Of a stretch of 64,000 nucleotides of DNA, positions 30,121 to 41,082 are shown in pieces; within the stretch, counting starts at the first letter, position 1; each line of letters begins with the position of its first letter. A program made the position numbers and the translations under genes. The notes below the pieces were generated by a model that had not been told where the DNA came from, ran no database searches, and saw only the letters and a list, made by a program, of their open reading frames with translations. The stretch is taken from positions 1 through 64,000 of IMG/VR virus record IMGVR_UViG_3300002916_000001; one strand, 5' to 3'. The DNA is from a virus.

Positions 30121-31590
30121 GTCAGATGCCCCTGTCTAAAGACAGGGGCTTGTGTCTGGACTCCACCTCAATCCAGCATACCTCAAGAGGCGTGCTGCCT
30201 TGGCTTCACGATCCGACACATCAGGGCGTTCTGACAATACGCCCGTGCTCATCCAGTCCTGCCGAACGAGCAACGTTCTTAACGCTATATTCCTAGCTCC
30301 GACCAAATCGCTATGGAGATGATAGTGGCAGCTTTGACAGTCGAACAATAACCCGTGGTTAGGCCGATTCTTGTCATCGGTATAGCCGCATTTAGGGCAA
30401 GCTTTACTTGTGTAGTTGGCATCAACCTTGATGGTCATACACCCGTTCAATGCTGCCTTATAGGCAATCATACCCTGCAATTCCGCAAAGGACCATTTGG
30501 AGTACGCCGTGTTGGCTTTCCTCTGCTTGGTACTTACTTTTTTGCCGTTTTTTGTTCGCTTGCGTCGTGTTGTTCGCTCTCTGATATCTGTCAACTGCTC
30601 CAATCCGATAATGGAGTGCGGATTTCTTTGGATAATGCGTTTTGCTATGACATGGTTTGCATCAGCTTTCAACCGTCTCTCTCGCCCGCTTATCACTACC
30701 AAACGTCTGGTAGCCGAACGAGTGCCTTTTTGCTGAAGTCGTTTTCTCAATCGAGCATAATGGTTTGCTTTTGCTCGAATCTGTTTACCTGGAAAGAATT
30801 GGCTTTCTTCTCTTGTGGTCGCTGCCACTGCTAAATATCTCAATCCTACGTCAACACCAACGACACTTTTATGGTCCTCTGGTGTTTGATCCGGTTTCTC
30901 AATCTCAAGGGAAACCAGCAAGTAAAATTGTTTCTTCGCCTTGTTGTACCAGAGCTTTGCAGCTCCAATATCAGCACCTTTCTGGATCAAGGCGACATGC
31001 TTGTCATATCCTGTGTAGGGGATAGTCAAGCGCCCATCAACGGTCAAAAAGCCGATATGCCGATCTTTTTTGAAGTTATAGTCATGCTTATAGTTGACAG
31101 TGACGGTAGGAGAAACGTACTTTGGTGCTTGATCCAAACCCTTATAACGTTTCTTGGTTCTACCAGAAGCACGATCCGCAGCATTCTTCTTGGCCTTTGT
31201 CCAAAGCCCTCTATAGGTAGCTCCAACTTGCCTTGGCACATTACATGCCATCTGGGAAGGAAGACCATACAAGGCACGGATTTCACCGTAACAATCACTC
31301 TGCAATTTACGTGTGTTGCTCGTCTTACCGTGTTCAAATGCGTGCTTCGACACATGGTTTAAAGCATCTCTATATGCCAGTTGTGTCTTGCGTAATGCAT
31401 TGAACTGCTCAGGTGTCGTATTTAATTTAAGTTTTGCAGAAATGATTTGTTTCATAGATATAGTATAGCATATCTTCACGCACTTGTCAAGATATTTTTT
31501 ACCTTGCAGAAGTTGAAAGATTAAACCCAGACTGCGGTCTGCCATTTTTCCACCCCATATCTAAAGAAAGGGGACACCAAATGGGGCTTT
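30121..31590 (-). mobile_element. IS200/IS605-family element, tnpB only (left end +/- 3 bp)
   Basis: Left-end hairpin nearly identical to that of 4591-5846; right end ...GGGGCATCTGAC. Confidence 0.88.
30136..31455 (-). CDS. tnpB: RNA-guided endonuclease TnpB
   Basis: GVDVG / IGLEQL / SDLVGA triad and zinc finger; start MKQIISAKL. Confidence 0.95.
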   Translation of the reverse strand: MKQIISAKLKLNTTPEQFNALRKTQLAYRDALNHVSKHAFEHGKTSNTRKLQSDCYGEIRALYGLPSQMACNVPRQVGATYRGLWTKAKKNAADRASGRTKKRYKGLDQAPKYVSPTVTVNYKHDYNFKKDRHIGFLTVDGRLTIPYTGYDKHVALIQKGADIGAAKLWYNKAKKQFYLLVSLEIEKPDQTPEDHKSVVGVDVGLRYLAVAATTREESQFFPGKQIRAKANHYARLRKRLQQKGTRSATRRLVVISGRERRLKADANHVIAKRIIQRNPHSIIGLEQLTDIRERTTRRKRTKNGKKVSTKQRKANTAYSKWSFAELQGMIAYKAALNGCMTIKVDANYTSKACPKCGYTDDKNRPNHGLLFDCQSCHYHLHSDLVGARNIALRTLLVRQDWMSTGVLSERPDVSDREAKAARLLRYAGLRWSPDTSPCL

Positions 31591-32030
31591 TGTTGCAGGG
31601 ATGACGGGGCTCTGCTATGCCCACCAAGTCTCAACACTTCGATGCCCCTATTTGGCTCTACAATGCGATTCTGGAAGAGGTCATATCACCCTATAAAAAA
31701 TACCATCATTGCCACTTCTCATCAATTTGAGCCTCAAGAAACCCACATTGCAGAGGCTTACCATTCTCGCCACGCATCGTCCTTGACCTCCTCGCCTTTC
31801 CCTGCCACTTCACTGATGTCCCCCGAGAGCAATGCTTTCACTGAGCACTCGAAGATTTCAGCGCACCTGAGCAACGTGTGCACCCTGCATACGTGCCCGC
31901 CCGTGCTCAATATCGCTGATCGATGATACCCGTGCGAATCCAAGGAGGTCGGCGAGTGTGCGTTGATCCATTCCACGATTGCGACGATAGGCACTGATGG
32001 CAGTGCCTATCGTGGGGTAGCAAGGTTCGA

Positions 32031-32399
32031 TCATAGCAACTCCATCGCCATCTGCCCTGCCATCATTGCACCCTCACGGCGTTTGCGTTGCCTTGTCTCC
32101 TTGGCGTGCGCAATGTGTTCATCGAGGTCAAGGCGGAGATGGCAAGCTTGGCACGCAGCTTTCAGGTTCTCACGCCTGACATCATGTTTATCGTGCTTGT
32201 CTCCCTTCATGCCCGATGGATAATCGACCCCTAAATGGGCAACGGTGAGCACGACGCGCCCTGCTCTCCCTGACTTCAATGGAGAGCCGTTGTGGGCTCC
32301 ACAAAACTCGCAGCGATTCAGCGCAATGCGACGGATGGTCCTTGAGATCTTGGGCCAAGCAGTGGGATAGCGATGTTTATCCATTGGCATGGGTGTCAC
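32031..32399 (-). CDS. HNH-like zinc-binding protein
   Basis: CEFCG...LTVAHL...ENLKAACQACH. Confidence 0.75.
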   Translation of the reverse strand: MTPMPMDKHRYPTAWPKISRTIRRIALNRCEFCGAHNGSPLKSGRAGRVVLTVAHLGVDYPSGMKGDKHDKHDVRRENLKAACQACHLRLDLDEHIAHAKETRQRKRREGAMMAGQMAMELL

Positions 32400-32757
32400 C
32401 TCCTAGTGAAACCTGAGCGATGTCTGCTCAATTCCAGGCCACGTGTCGTCTACAGGTTGATAGAACCATTCTGGCTCGAACATGTCAGCGCAGTACTCTT
32501 CCAATTGCCGTTCATTCGGCACACTTCAAGTCGGTTATAGCCGTATTCACAACGCTGTTTCTTTGCTCGTTCAATCAATCGACCTATACGCGGCTCTAGA
32601 TGTATTGCTGCCTGTACATACATGTTGCTATTTATCCGTTCAAGCAGTCTCTTCTTGGAAATTGGCCTTTCATCCTGATAATACATCTGAGGATAGATCC
32701 ACTCACCTTGACTGTTTTGATATGCTGATTTAACCATTATTCTGCCTCCATTAACTA

Positions 32758-34371
32758 TTATGCAGTTACTAACTTTTTCTCTCTACGTTCATTCTTCCTA
32801 CGAATATACTCATCCCGTGCTTCTCGTTGATGTTGCTTTGCTTCATCTTGGAGATCCTTGACTCTTTGCTCCAAGGAATATCCAGGCTCTTGCCGTGTCA
32901 CCATTGCGCACCCACCAGGAATAAGATCAATGACTGCTTGGACACGGGCATTGAATTGGTCTTCGGAGCTAGAGCGATGATCCAGATAGTGCTCATTGCA
33001 ATACATAGTGCCATCGATTTCATGCGTTGCCGGTGTTTCCTTTTTGATATCTAGGCAGTCGCTGCACCAATCAGGGCCATCTTCAAAGAGGTCTGATCTA
33101 CAGTTTTTACAATAAAGATTGCCATTTATGAAATCATGCCTCAATTCAGAGGCACCCTGGGGGATCTTGTCAGAGTCCCAACCCTCAAAGGATGGAATAC
33201 GTTGCTGGCAGGAGTAGCACTGCTCATCAAAAGTCTGAATCTGACTTGGCTCTATTTCAATTGCCTCTGCCCCCACAGTCTTACCCATTCCCTGCTCTAT
33301 CCATGCACGGATATCCCAGTTGTCCAGGAGCATATCATTGATATCGGGTAGGAAGGGGCGTAGCCGTCTTGCATTGGGCAGCCGTTCTAGCCACCACTTT
33401 GACTCTTTATCGCCAGCTGCATCGGCATCAAGGGCAACCAAGACTAACGGCATGAGTGCAAGCCTTGCCAGGTTGGCTACATTCTGCCCACACTGCACGC
33501 CAGTCGTTGCCACAACATTGACTATATCGCTGCATTCCTGGACTACTGACAAGGCATCCAGGGGGCCTTCAGTGAGCACTGTGGGTCTTTTCATTCTCAG
33601 GCAATCTGCCATATAAAGTTCGTCAGTGGAACTGCCTTTAGCATTCTTCCATCGTTCGTCCTTTGGACAATCGGGGCGCAAGTCACGACGAAAGATTGTG
33701 AAGTACCAACCAGACTCATAATCATGAAAGTAGAAGTTTTGCAGGGGGATAATCATGCGTGGGACACCTCCTTGTGCAGAGTAGCCTAAGCGGGCTTTTC
33801 TGATTGTCTCATCCTGCAGCCCGCGTCCTCTTGCATACTCAAGCCCTGGCAGTCCCTCGGCAGTCCAGATGCTTTCGCGGTAGTCCTCCATAGCTCTATG
33901 GACTTCCTCTTGCCAGGTAATCGAGCGATAGTCAGAATGTGCATGTCTTTGCCGTTGCGTGGGCTTTCTAGTGGCTTGTTGCTCTCTCTCAGCTCCCAAG
34001 TCCAGGAGATGTTTCTCTGCCCGTTCGTATCGCCATCGTTTTTCGTAGGCGTACCGTTTGTAGGCGTTTTCAAATGAGAGCATGCCATCATCTATAGCCT
34101 TCAGAATAGCATCATCTAGGGAGATATGCCGGTAGTGCATAAGATAGCTGACTTCGTCTCCCCATCCACGTTTCCTATCCCTGCCAGAAATCACCTCTGC
34201 AGAGTCCCAGCATCCACGGCACATAAACACCCAGGAGTATCCATTCCATCTCACACTAAATCCGTCCCTCTGACACCCACAATTTGGATCAGGGCAAGGT
34301 CCAGAGTATTCTTTTGCTGCTTTCTTCTTTAGTCGTGTATCTTCTTGTGCTAAACCCAGAATGTTCAACAT
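32758..34371 (-). CDS. Second DNA primase (zinc finger + TOPRIM)
   Basis: EYSGPCP..CG..D.F..CRGC, TEGPLDA, LDADAAG. Confidence 0.88.
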   Translation of the reverse strand: MLNILGLAQEDTRLKKKAAKEYSGPCPDPNCGCQRDGFSVRWNGYSWVFMCRGCWDSAEVISGRDRKRGWGDEVSYLMHYRHISLDDAILKAIDDGMLSFENAYKRYAYEKRWRYERAEKHLLDLGAEREQQATRKPTQRQRHAHSDYRSITWQEEVHRAMEDYRESIWTAEGLPGLEYARGRGLQDETIRKARLGYSAQGGVPRMIIPLQNFYFHDYESGWYFTIFRRDLRPDCPKDERWKNAKGSSTDELYMADCLRMKRPTVLTEGPLDALSVVQECSDIVNVVATTGVQCGQNVANLARLALMPLVLVALDADAAGDKESKWWLERLPNARRLRPFLPDINDMLLDNWDIRAWIEQGMGKTVGAEAIEIEPSQIQTFDEQCYSCQQRIPSFEGWDSDKIPQGASELRHDFINGNLYCKNCRSDLFEDGPDWCSDCLDIKKETPATHEIDGTMYCNEHYLDHRSSSEDQFNARVQAVIDLIPGGCAMVTRQEPGYSLEQRVKDLQDEAKQHQREARDEYIRRKNERREKKLVTA

Positions 34372-34398
34372 TTTCTTTCCCCCAAATCTTTGCGTCGC

Positions 34399-34503
34399 AA
34401 CTTTACGACATTACGACACTCCTAAAGGAGTGTGTCGTAATGTCGTAAAGTTTTGGGCCATGTGCAGTGCGCAATGTCGCGAAATTGTCGTAATGTCGTA
34501 AAG
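34399..34503. repeat. Iteron-like palindrome (TGTCGTAA repeats), candidate origin
   Basis: IR at 34399-34423/34426-34452 plus a third copy at 34486-34503. Confidence 0.8.
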
Positions 34504-34515
34504 TGAAAGTATGTT

Positions 34516-35859
34516 CTATATAGCATATTCATCGTCATTCTCTCCAACCGTGCTAAAACCCGATTTCTTAATGTAGGTATCATGTTTACCCTGATTCTCT
34601 TTCCTCTCAATCAGTCCCTTTTCCTCGAACAAGTCCCTAAATCGCTCCAAGGTCCTGCGTGAGACACCGACATTGGCATCTTCCACAAACTTGCACCATT
34701 CACCTAATGTCAATCCACTAACAAGCAAATCTAAGCACTGACGTTGTTTGGGATTAAGGTCATTTTTTAATGGAGCATCTGAAGGAACTACCACGCAAGA
34801 GGTAATTGTTTCCCCCGTTTCTGGATGTGCATAAAGCGGAATGACCTTGAGTTCAAGGTGGATATCAGCGAATTGCTCTGCATCTCTTTGCTTGTTGCAA
34901 CTGAGAACAATCGGGCTTTCTTTGCTGGGATGAGTTAGGTCTATCATGGTGTCTACGTGATTTCTGAATGCAGCACTCCCATTCACTTTTCCTGTCCAGT
35001 TTGCATGGTGAACGATCATGCAGTGGCATCCATACCTCTGGCTTATTTCATGAAGCACCATGAGTGCCTGCGTGACTTCCATTTGATCGTTCTGATTGGT
35101 CCCCACAGCGCACATGCTATAGTTATCTACAATCAGAAGCGATGGTTTCTCATCAGCCTCTTCGAGAGTATCAAGCAGTTCTCGATAGTGATCCTTTAAC
35201 TGGACGGGCCATGTGATGAACTCGATATTGGGGGTTTTTCCCCTACCGCATTCTTTTCTCCATGCGGCAGTGCGAAGTTTTAGCCCATGACCTCCCTCTG
35301 TGTTGATGTACCAAACCTTGCCTTGTTTAACAGGACGCCCAAACCAGTGAATACCATGAGCTATGCAGTATGCTATGTTGAGTGCATTGAACGTTTTTCC
35401 TGTACCGCTTGGCCCGAAAATCATGCTAACGCCACATGCTTGCAGAGTGTTCCCGATCAAGTATTCAATATCTGGCAGTGCATCAATATCATCCTCTGTA
35501 TACCGAATGATAACCTTTTTGCCATTCTTGCCAATCTTGAAACGATGGTCATTTTGCTCCCCCGCAGGCGCTGGAACTCCGACAACAGAGCGCCAGTCAT
35601 TAAGCAGTGGATGGTCCGTTTCTGCATAGACATCGTATGCCTTCCAGAAATCTTCTTCGTCGCCATCTATGCGTATCCTGCGCAATGCAGTGGCTATATC
35701 ACGGTAAATACTAGAGAGCTTGTTGATTTCCTCCAAGGTTGGCGTTGGATCGTTAATTCGTATGCGGCTTGCGATATCAATAAAAGCCTGCTGACGTTCA
35801 TTGGGAGGCTGCTTGGATTGTTTCTTGCGGTCTCTGTATTCTTCAATACCTACAACCAT
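34516..35859 (-). CDS. AAA_25 / RepA-like SF4 helicase
   Basis: GPSGTGKT, YINTEG, LIVDN, IVHH, KQRD. Confidence 0.9.
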   Translation of the reverse strand: MVVGIEEYRDRKKQSKQPPNERQQAFIDIASRIRINDPTPTLEEINKLSSIYRDIATALRRIRIDGDEEDFWKAYDVYAETDHPLLNDWRSVVGVPAPAGEQNDHRFKIGKNGKKVIIRYTEDDIDALPDIEYLIGNTLQACGVSMIFGPSGTGKTFNALNIAYCIAHGIHWFGRPVKQGKVWYINTEGGHGLKLRTAAWRKECGRGKTPNIEFITWPVQLKDHYRELLDTLEEADEKPSLLIVDNYSMCAVGTNQNDQMEVTQALMVLHEISQRYGCHCMIVHHANWTGKVNGSAAFRNHVDTMIDLTHPSKESPIVLSCNKQRDAEQFADIHLELKVIPLYAHPETGETITSCVVVPSDAPLKNDLNPKQRQCLDLLVSGLTLGEWCKFVEDANVGVSRRTLERFRDLFEEKGLIERKENQGKHDTYIKKSGFSTVGENDDEYAI

Positions 35860-36080
35860 CTCTTTAAGTCTCCGCTTCCTACGAAATTAGTTTTACTATT
35901 TTAAACTGTCAAGACCCGTTCCCAGTGAAAGAGCACTGATTTTACAACGAACTGCTCTGCTTTTTCAATGGTAGCCCTTGACATTCACTGTAGAGGTTGC
36001 GTATACTAACAATCAGAATTTGAAATTGCCATATGGCAGGATACCCAGTTGATGATTGATGCCCATCGGCTGGGTTATTT

Positions 36081-36332
36081 TTATGCCACACTTTTGCTTT
36101 GCTGGCTCCTGCCTTCTGCATCATTGACAGAGGCTTGTCTCTTCTCCTCAAGTATTCTTGCCGACTCTTTGCGCTGTTCGTCAATATATGCATCCAAGTC
36201 AGACTCTTCGAACTTCCAAGACTTGCCTATTTTGACTGGATGAAGTTTGTCTTGGTCCATCAATCTATATATGGTTCGTTCACTGACTCCCAGCGACTTG
36301 GCTGTGTCGGTTATGCTTAACCACCGGCTCAT
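36081..36332 (-). CDS. Excisionase-like HTH_17 protein
   Basis: LSITDTAKSLGVSERTIYRL...KIGKSWKF. Confidence 0.9.
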   Translation of the reverse strand: MSRWLSITDTAKSLGVSERTIYRLMDQDKLHPVKIGKSWKFEESDLDAYIDEQRKESARILEEKRQASVNDAEGRSQQSKSVA

Positions 36333-36728
36333 ATTGTTGGTCTCCTTTCTGCTATCCTAGAATACCATGCTTGGCAGGGTTTGTCAAGGATTGGCAGGGA
36401 TTGCATAGTACTTCTCTGTTATTTCATCACGCCCCTACGCCGCGCTTTTCCCTGATCTTCCCTGATCTTCCCTGCCATCAGTGAAGGATCAACGAGAGAC
36501 GGTACATTTCTGCGCAACGTACTCTGCGCCTACCTTGTCGATATGGACTTTGTCGTGCCCGTCTTCGATGTAAAATAGCCGTGCGAGCTTGCCCTCAACT
36601 TTGACGCCTGTAACTAGCATATCCTTGCTGCGTCCCCTGATAGAGTCGCCTTCCTTGAAATCCTCGATTGCACGCCATTCGTGCGTCTCAGATATACTCT
36701 TGCCCATTGTGAAATCCTTTCTGCTATG

Positions 36729-37094
36729 TTATTCCTCGCCTTTCTTTGGTAGCCGTGCAAGGATCTCTTGCAGCGTTGCATCAATGCCATCGAAGCGCTT
36801 GCCATGCTCTTGTTGCCTATCCCTGAAATCAGCCTGGCTTTCCTTGATGGCAATGATGTCTGCCTTGACGCCTTGTATATCGGTTCCCATGACTTCCATC
36901 TTTTGCTGAAGCACGCCAATGTTCGTGTTTGCCTGCCCTACCTCTTTGAATGTCTTCATGAGCAGTTCCCCCTGGGCTTTCTGCTCATCCGACAAATCTT
37001 TCAACGTTTCTGTGTGCTTCTCAAGTGTTCGCTCAGTCTCTATTTGCTGCTCTTCAATCGCTTTGAAACGACGTTCAACGAGCTTGTCTTCCAT
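36729..37094 (-). CDS. Coiled-coil hypothetical protein
   Basis: Heptad repeats; start MEDKLV. Confidence 0.65.
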   Translation of the reverse strand: MEDKLVERRFKAIEEQQIETERTLEKHTETLKDLSDEQKAQGELLMKTFKEVGQANTNIGVLQQKMEVMGTDIQGVKADIIAIKESQADFRDRQQEHGKRFDGIDATLQEILARLPKKGEE

Positions 37095-37290
37095 TGGCAA
37101 TCCCCCTTCCCTGTATGCTATGCTTTCATTGGTTTTCTCATTGCATTTCCATGGCCCTCTACGACGCCTCTCGGCACGGGTGGGATCTCTGAAGCTCATG
37201 GAAGTGCACTGCCATCCTCGCCTTGCGCTGACATTCGTAGAATGCAGTGAGCGCAAGGCAAGGGCTAGGCGGCACCTCACGCGAATTGTT

Positions 37291-37785
37291 TCATGCCTCT
37301 ATGTCCCTTGGAAGGTGGTCTCTTGTGAGATAATGCCAAGGGTCAGGGCAGCATTGACTTCCCTCCGTATCTATAACCAATCGAATAGCGGTCATGGATA
37401 CGTTGAAAAGCGCTGCATACTCTTTTCTTGAAAGGTTATAAGCATTAAAGCGAACAATCGCAGCTTGCTCATCTGTTAACCTCCTTGTGGCAACGTTGTA
37501 CCCTTTAGGGGCAATGCTTGGAATTTTTCTGATCCAATATCTTTCGCATTCTCTCATCAGCTTTTCATCAGAGATTAGCTCTATGCATTCAACAGAAAAC
37601 TTCTCTACCCCAATTTTCCACATTGCCCTATGAAGGGAATTGCAGTCATATCCTGGATGTTCCTCAGAGTACCATTTTGCTTTGCTGATGTGGGTTTTCC
37701 ACCGCTGTTCGATGTGAACAGATGATCCAATGTAAATCAAGCCATTCACGCTGTTTGTGATCTTGTAAACACCACTTGTAGGCAT
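37291..37785 (-). CDS. GIY-YIG endonuclease
   Basis: SGVYKITN...IYIGSS...R..H, ERYWI, GYN. Confidence 0.9.
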   Translation of the reverse strand: MPTSGVYKITNSVNGLIYIGSSVHIEQRWKTHISKAKWYSEEHPGYDCNSLHRAMWKIGVEKFSVECIELISDEKLMRECERYWIRKIPSIAPKGYNVATRRLTDEQAAIVRFNAYNLSRKEYAALFNVSMTAIRLVIDTEGSQCCPDPWHYLTRDHLPRDIEA

Positions 37786-37879
37786 TAGTCCAACTTCCCT
37801 GTGCTATAATAGCACTATCGATTTCAAAGGTATGCAGCGATTGCAAAGATTCGCCCCTGAGTTTCACTGCATACCTGGA

Positions 37880-38128
37880 TCACGCCACACCTTCTAAGGA
37901 TTGGCTTTTCTCCTCTTCAAACACTATTAGATCTCCAGGTTCAACACCGAGTGCTTTTGCGATCTTTCCAAGTTCTGCCAAGTCGACAGTACCTGTTTTG
38001 TTGTTCCAATAGCGATTAAGCAATGGCGGTGTAACCTTTGCTTCTATTTGCAGATGCGATTGCCTGATTCCTCTAGCTTCTGCAACTTCTTTGATTCGTA
38101 ACTTTACCATAAGCATGACCTCCGGCAT
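37880..38128 (-). CDS. Cro/CI-type HTH repressor
   Basis: LRIKEVAEARGI...KIAKALGVEPGDLI; divergent from the accessory operon. Confidence 0.85.
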   Translation of the reverse strand: MPEVMLMVKLRIKEVAEARGIRQSHLQIEAKVTPPLLNRYWNNKTGTVDLAELGKIAKALGVEPGDLIVFEEEKSQSLEGVA

Positions 38129-38222
38129 GCGCCATTAATCTTGTAATTAGGATACCATTTTTTAACATTGGTGTCAATATCACTGAGTATTCATTCCCAT
38201 GTAAAAATTGGTCTAAAATATA

Positions 38223-38251
38223 TTGACATTAATACGCTAGTGTGTTATTAT
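38223..38251 (+). promoter_or_regulatory. Promoter of the accessory/early operon
   Basis: TTGACA-17nt-TATTAT. Confidence 0.8.
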
Positions 38252-38417
38252 TCGATTGTGAGGTTGAGGAAGTGAGGAGAGCACACTGAAAAATTAAATA
38301 CCGCGACTTCGAAGAGCAGGCTCCTCTGCAATGGTTCCCCTTGTTGGACTTGTCCAAGGGTGCAAACGGGAGGAAGCGAGGCAAGCTCAAGACTACAGGC
38401 AGAAGTCGGGAATACAC

Positions 38418-38502
38418 GAGAGCGATGGCCCCAGCTACAACATCGGAGTTATGGTATCCGGTCCCTTGCGCTGGTGAGAGGATTCGATTTCCTCTGCTCT
38501 CA
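38418..38502 (+). ncRNA. tRNA-like structure (acceptor stem + T arm, no canonical D or anticodon arm)
   Basis: GAGAGCG/TGCTCTC-A stem contiguous with GAGGA-TTCGATT-TCCTC. Confidence 0.6.
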
Positions 38503-39763
38503 TTGACCTGCCCCGCGAGGCATTGAAACGTCAACGAATAACAAGGAGTAAACCAATGACCAAACACGGAACGCCAGTGGTTTTCAAGGATGAGACCACG
38601 AACACCTTCGAAGTCATCGGAATACGGTGACATCTCAAGGAAGATTGCCTCTGACTTCAAGGACATCAATGAAGTTAGTGAGTGGGTACGGGCGCAGGAT
38701 GGTGCAATGAGGGCAAGGGGCAATCATTTCCTACTTGGTGATTATAGGGAGATATATCTCCCATAATCAAAAAGGGCGATAGGTACAGCCTCTGACGGTC
38801 ATGCGTCAATCGCCCTTTGCCTGCCCCGCGTGGCAGGGAGATCATCGATAATCAAGGAGGAGCCCTATGTGGTTCTTTGTGGCATCCCTGTGCGCAGCCT
38901 ATGTCTTTGTCGGCATTGCCCTCTTTTGTGGGGCATGCTATACAGGCAACTGGATATTGATAGCACTATCCATTGATGGATATGTGCTGAATCTCTTTAT
39001 ACTGGAATACGCAAAAGGCAAGGATTGGTAAAAGGAGTAAGTATGTTCACCGAAATCACCGTATTCTTCGCAACTACAGCGAATAACATTGCAGCGTTCT
39101 TTGCCAACAATGCACTTTTCGTTGCAGGCAATGTGGCAGCGTTGCTACTCACCGTTTCAATCATCGTGGCTTGGGAGATTGCCAAGCAGAGGAGATAAGC
39201 CATGTCCGACGAAACCACCGATCCATTCGCAGAGCCCTGCTATGCATGCGATGCGCTCACATCGACTAACCGCGTATGCACTGCATGCAGTGATCCGTGC
39301 TGCGAGGAGCACTTTGTCAGCGTTGAAGGCATTGTGTACTGCGTTGAATGCAATGCAGAAGACGCACGGTACTTCAGTGAGGAGGAGAACTAGCCAATGA
39401 AAGACACCATCGCCATCGCTGCCTCATCCCTGGCATCACTGCCACACGACGCCCTCATTGCACTCTACAATGCAGAGTCCCGCCGCCTCTCTCACGGAGC
39501 AGAGCCTCACTTGGTAGACAACTCCTGCAAGCCGGACTATATAATCGGTCTCTTCGGCACCCTTGCAATCCGTGCCAGACAAGCCGCTGAGCAGCGAAGC
39601 AATGAGCTTGCAGCGATGTCCCCGGTCTCCAATGAGCCGACAAGGCAGAGCAAAGAGGATTCACTGATGTCGGTGCCTCTCAATGTGGCTCAAGAGTTTC
39701 GGCTAATGAGATAGTTACTGTAGATTGTGTCAAGAGTTGTTCTTAATGAAAGGAAAATTTTCT

Positions 39764-40066
39764 ATGTCAAGTAAAGTTACGATCGCTGCAGGGTATGTCT
39801 CTGATGAGGCACTGAAGTTTCTGCGAAGTCACGGTGCAATCATTGACAGTGCCCTTGGCATCACGATGATTGAGTTGCCAGAGAATGCAGAGATCTGCGA
39901 GCCAGGATATCAAAGCCCGCAAAGCGAATATGCCATTCAATGGACTGACAAGGATGGCAGCGATCCCCTGGAATGGATCGAGGTACAGCTGTGCTTCGAT
40001 ATCAATAAGACAACGGTTTATCTCAGAAAGCATGTAGAAGAGGTACAAAGGTATGTTCGCTTTTAA
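39764..40066 (+). CDS. Hypothetical phage protein
   Basis: AAAGGA RBS, within the small-gene operon. Confidence 0.6.
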   Translation: MSSKVTIAAGYVSDEALKFLRSHGAIIDSALGITMIELPENAEICEPGYQSPQSEYAIQWTDKDGSDPLEWIEVQLCFDINKTTVYLRKHVEEVQRYVRF

Positions 40067-40410
40067 TCTCCCATCCGGGGTCACCCTGCAATCCATCGAC
40101 ACCTTGTTTGAAGAGGCCGATGAAGACCAGTGTCAAGACACCGAGTCCGAGGAAAAGACAGAGAGGGCATTGACACCCGCTGAGATGGCAGAGATTGCAG
40201 AGTTGTTGAACAGTCCTGAAGTCTTGGCATGTCGAGTCGCCACAAGGGAAAGCACTTCTAGAATGGCTGCAAGGTCAATCTGAAGTCTTGGTGCCCTATG
40301 AGGCCTCCGCAATCGAAGAAGAGGAGGACCCCAACCCGTTCACTGCATCCACTGCGGAGTCAATGATTGCAGAGGCACAAGACAACGAGTCCATTGATTT
40401 TCCCTATTAG
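40053..40410 (+). pseudogene. Highly acidic small protein, frameshifted near 40250
   Basis: Deleting one A in AGGGAAAGCA joins ...VATRE to ALLEWLQGQSEVLVPYE...DFPY*. Confidence 0.6.
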
Positions 40411-41082
40411 TGCGTCAAGGCTCTCTGCCTGCCTCCCACAGCTTTGCAGAGAGCCCAAGTCTAGAAAGACACCCTTATTACCCTCCGTTCGCTAGTTCCT
40501 TATGAAGCCAACGCGACATTCCAGTTTGTTCATGTGAAAATGGCGAATACGAGAGCCTTGGCACTCGGCTTCACAAGCGGATTTGACCAAAAAATGAGCG
40601 AACCGTGGGGTATTATGTTAGATTTTGCGTCAATGCGCAACCCTGCCACCGAAGTCCCCGGTACACCAGTGACCGTCTCTGCCTCTCGCTGCCAGTCCGC
40701 TGGCATCTCATTGGCATTCGCAGGCCTTGCAGGCACGGTGGTCAAAGCAGAGAGCGGCGAAGTCCTTGTCCATCTCAACGAGGCATCACAGACGCGCCAC
40801 GCTGCCATTGAGAGCACTGCGTTCTCAGATGCGTTCAGGGATATCGGTGAAATGCAGTGGTTCTGCTCAGGTGTTTTAGAAGTAGTTCAAGAAAGCGAGG
40901 AGAGCAGTGAACTTGTTTCTAGAGCATAAGGACGGTCATTTCCGTCTCTGTCAGATTGGAGATGACAACGGACCGTGCGACAACGAGGCAACATGGAAGC
41001 TGCACCCGCAGGGCTATCTGCAAACGAGCATCGATATATGCAGTGAGCACAAAGAAGAAGCTCAGAAGGAAGAGCAGGAAAG

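Noticed and set aside
36388-36400. Target of the IS607-like omegaRNA guide (GG-ATTGGCAGG) in the xis promoter
   Set aside because: Only 9 nt match, and GGCAGG is very frequent in this genome
36448-36476. TTCCCTGATC tandem x3
   Set aside because: Short intergenic repeat with no supporting function
38418-38502. Canonical tRNA gene
   Set aside because: No D stem and no 7-nt anticodon loop at the expected position; reported as tRNA-like only
40216-40291. 64-bp insertion with a 12-bp TSD (CTGAAGTCTTGG)
   Set aside because: A single-base frameshift gives a more protein-like continuous sequence, and there are no terminal inverted repeats
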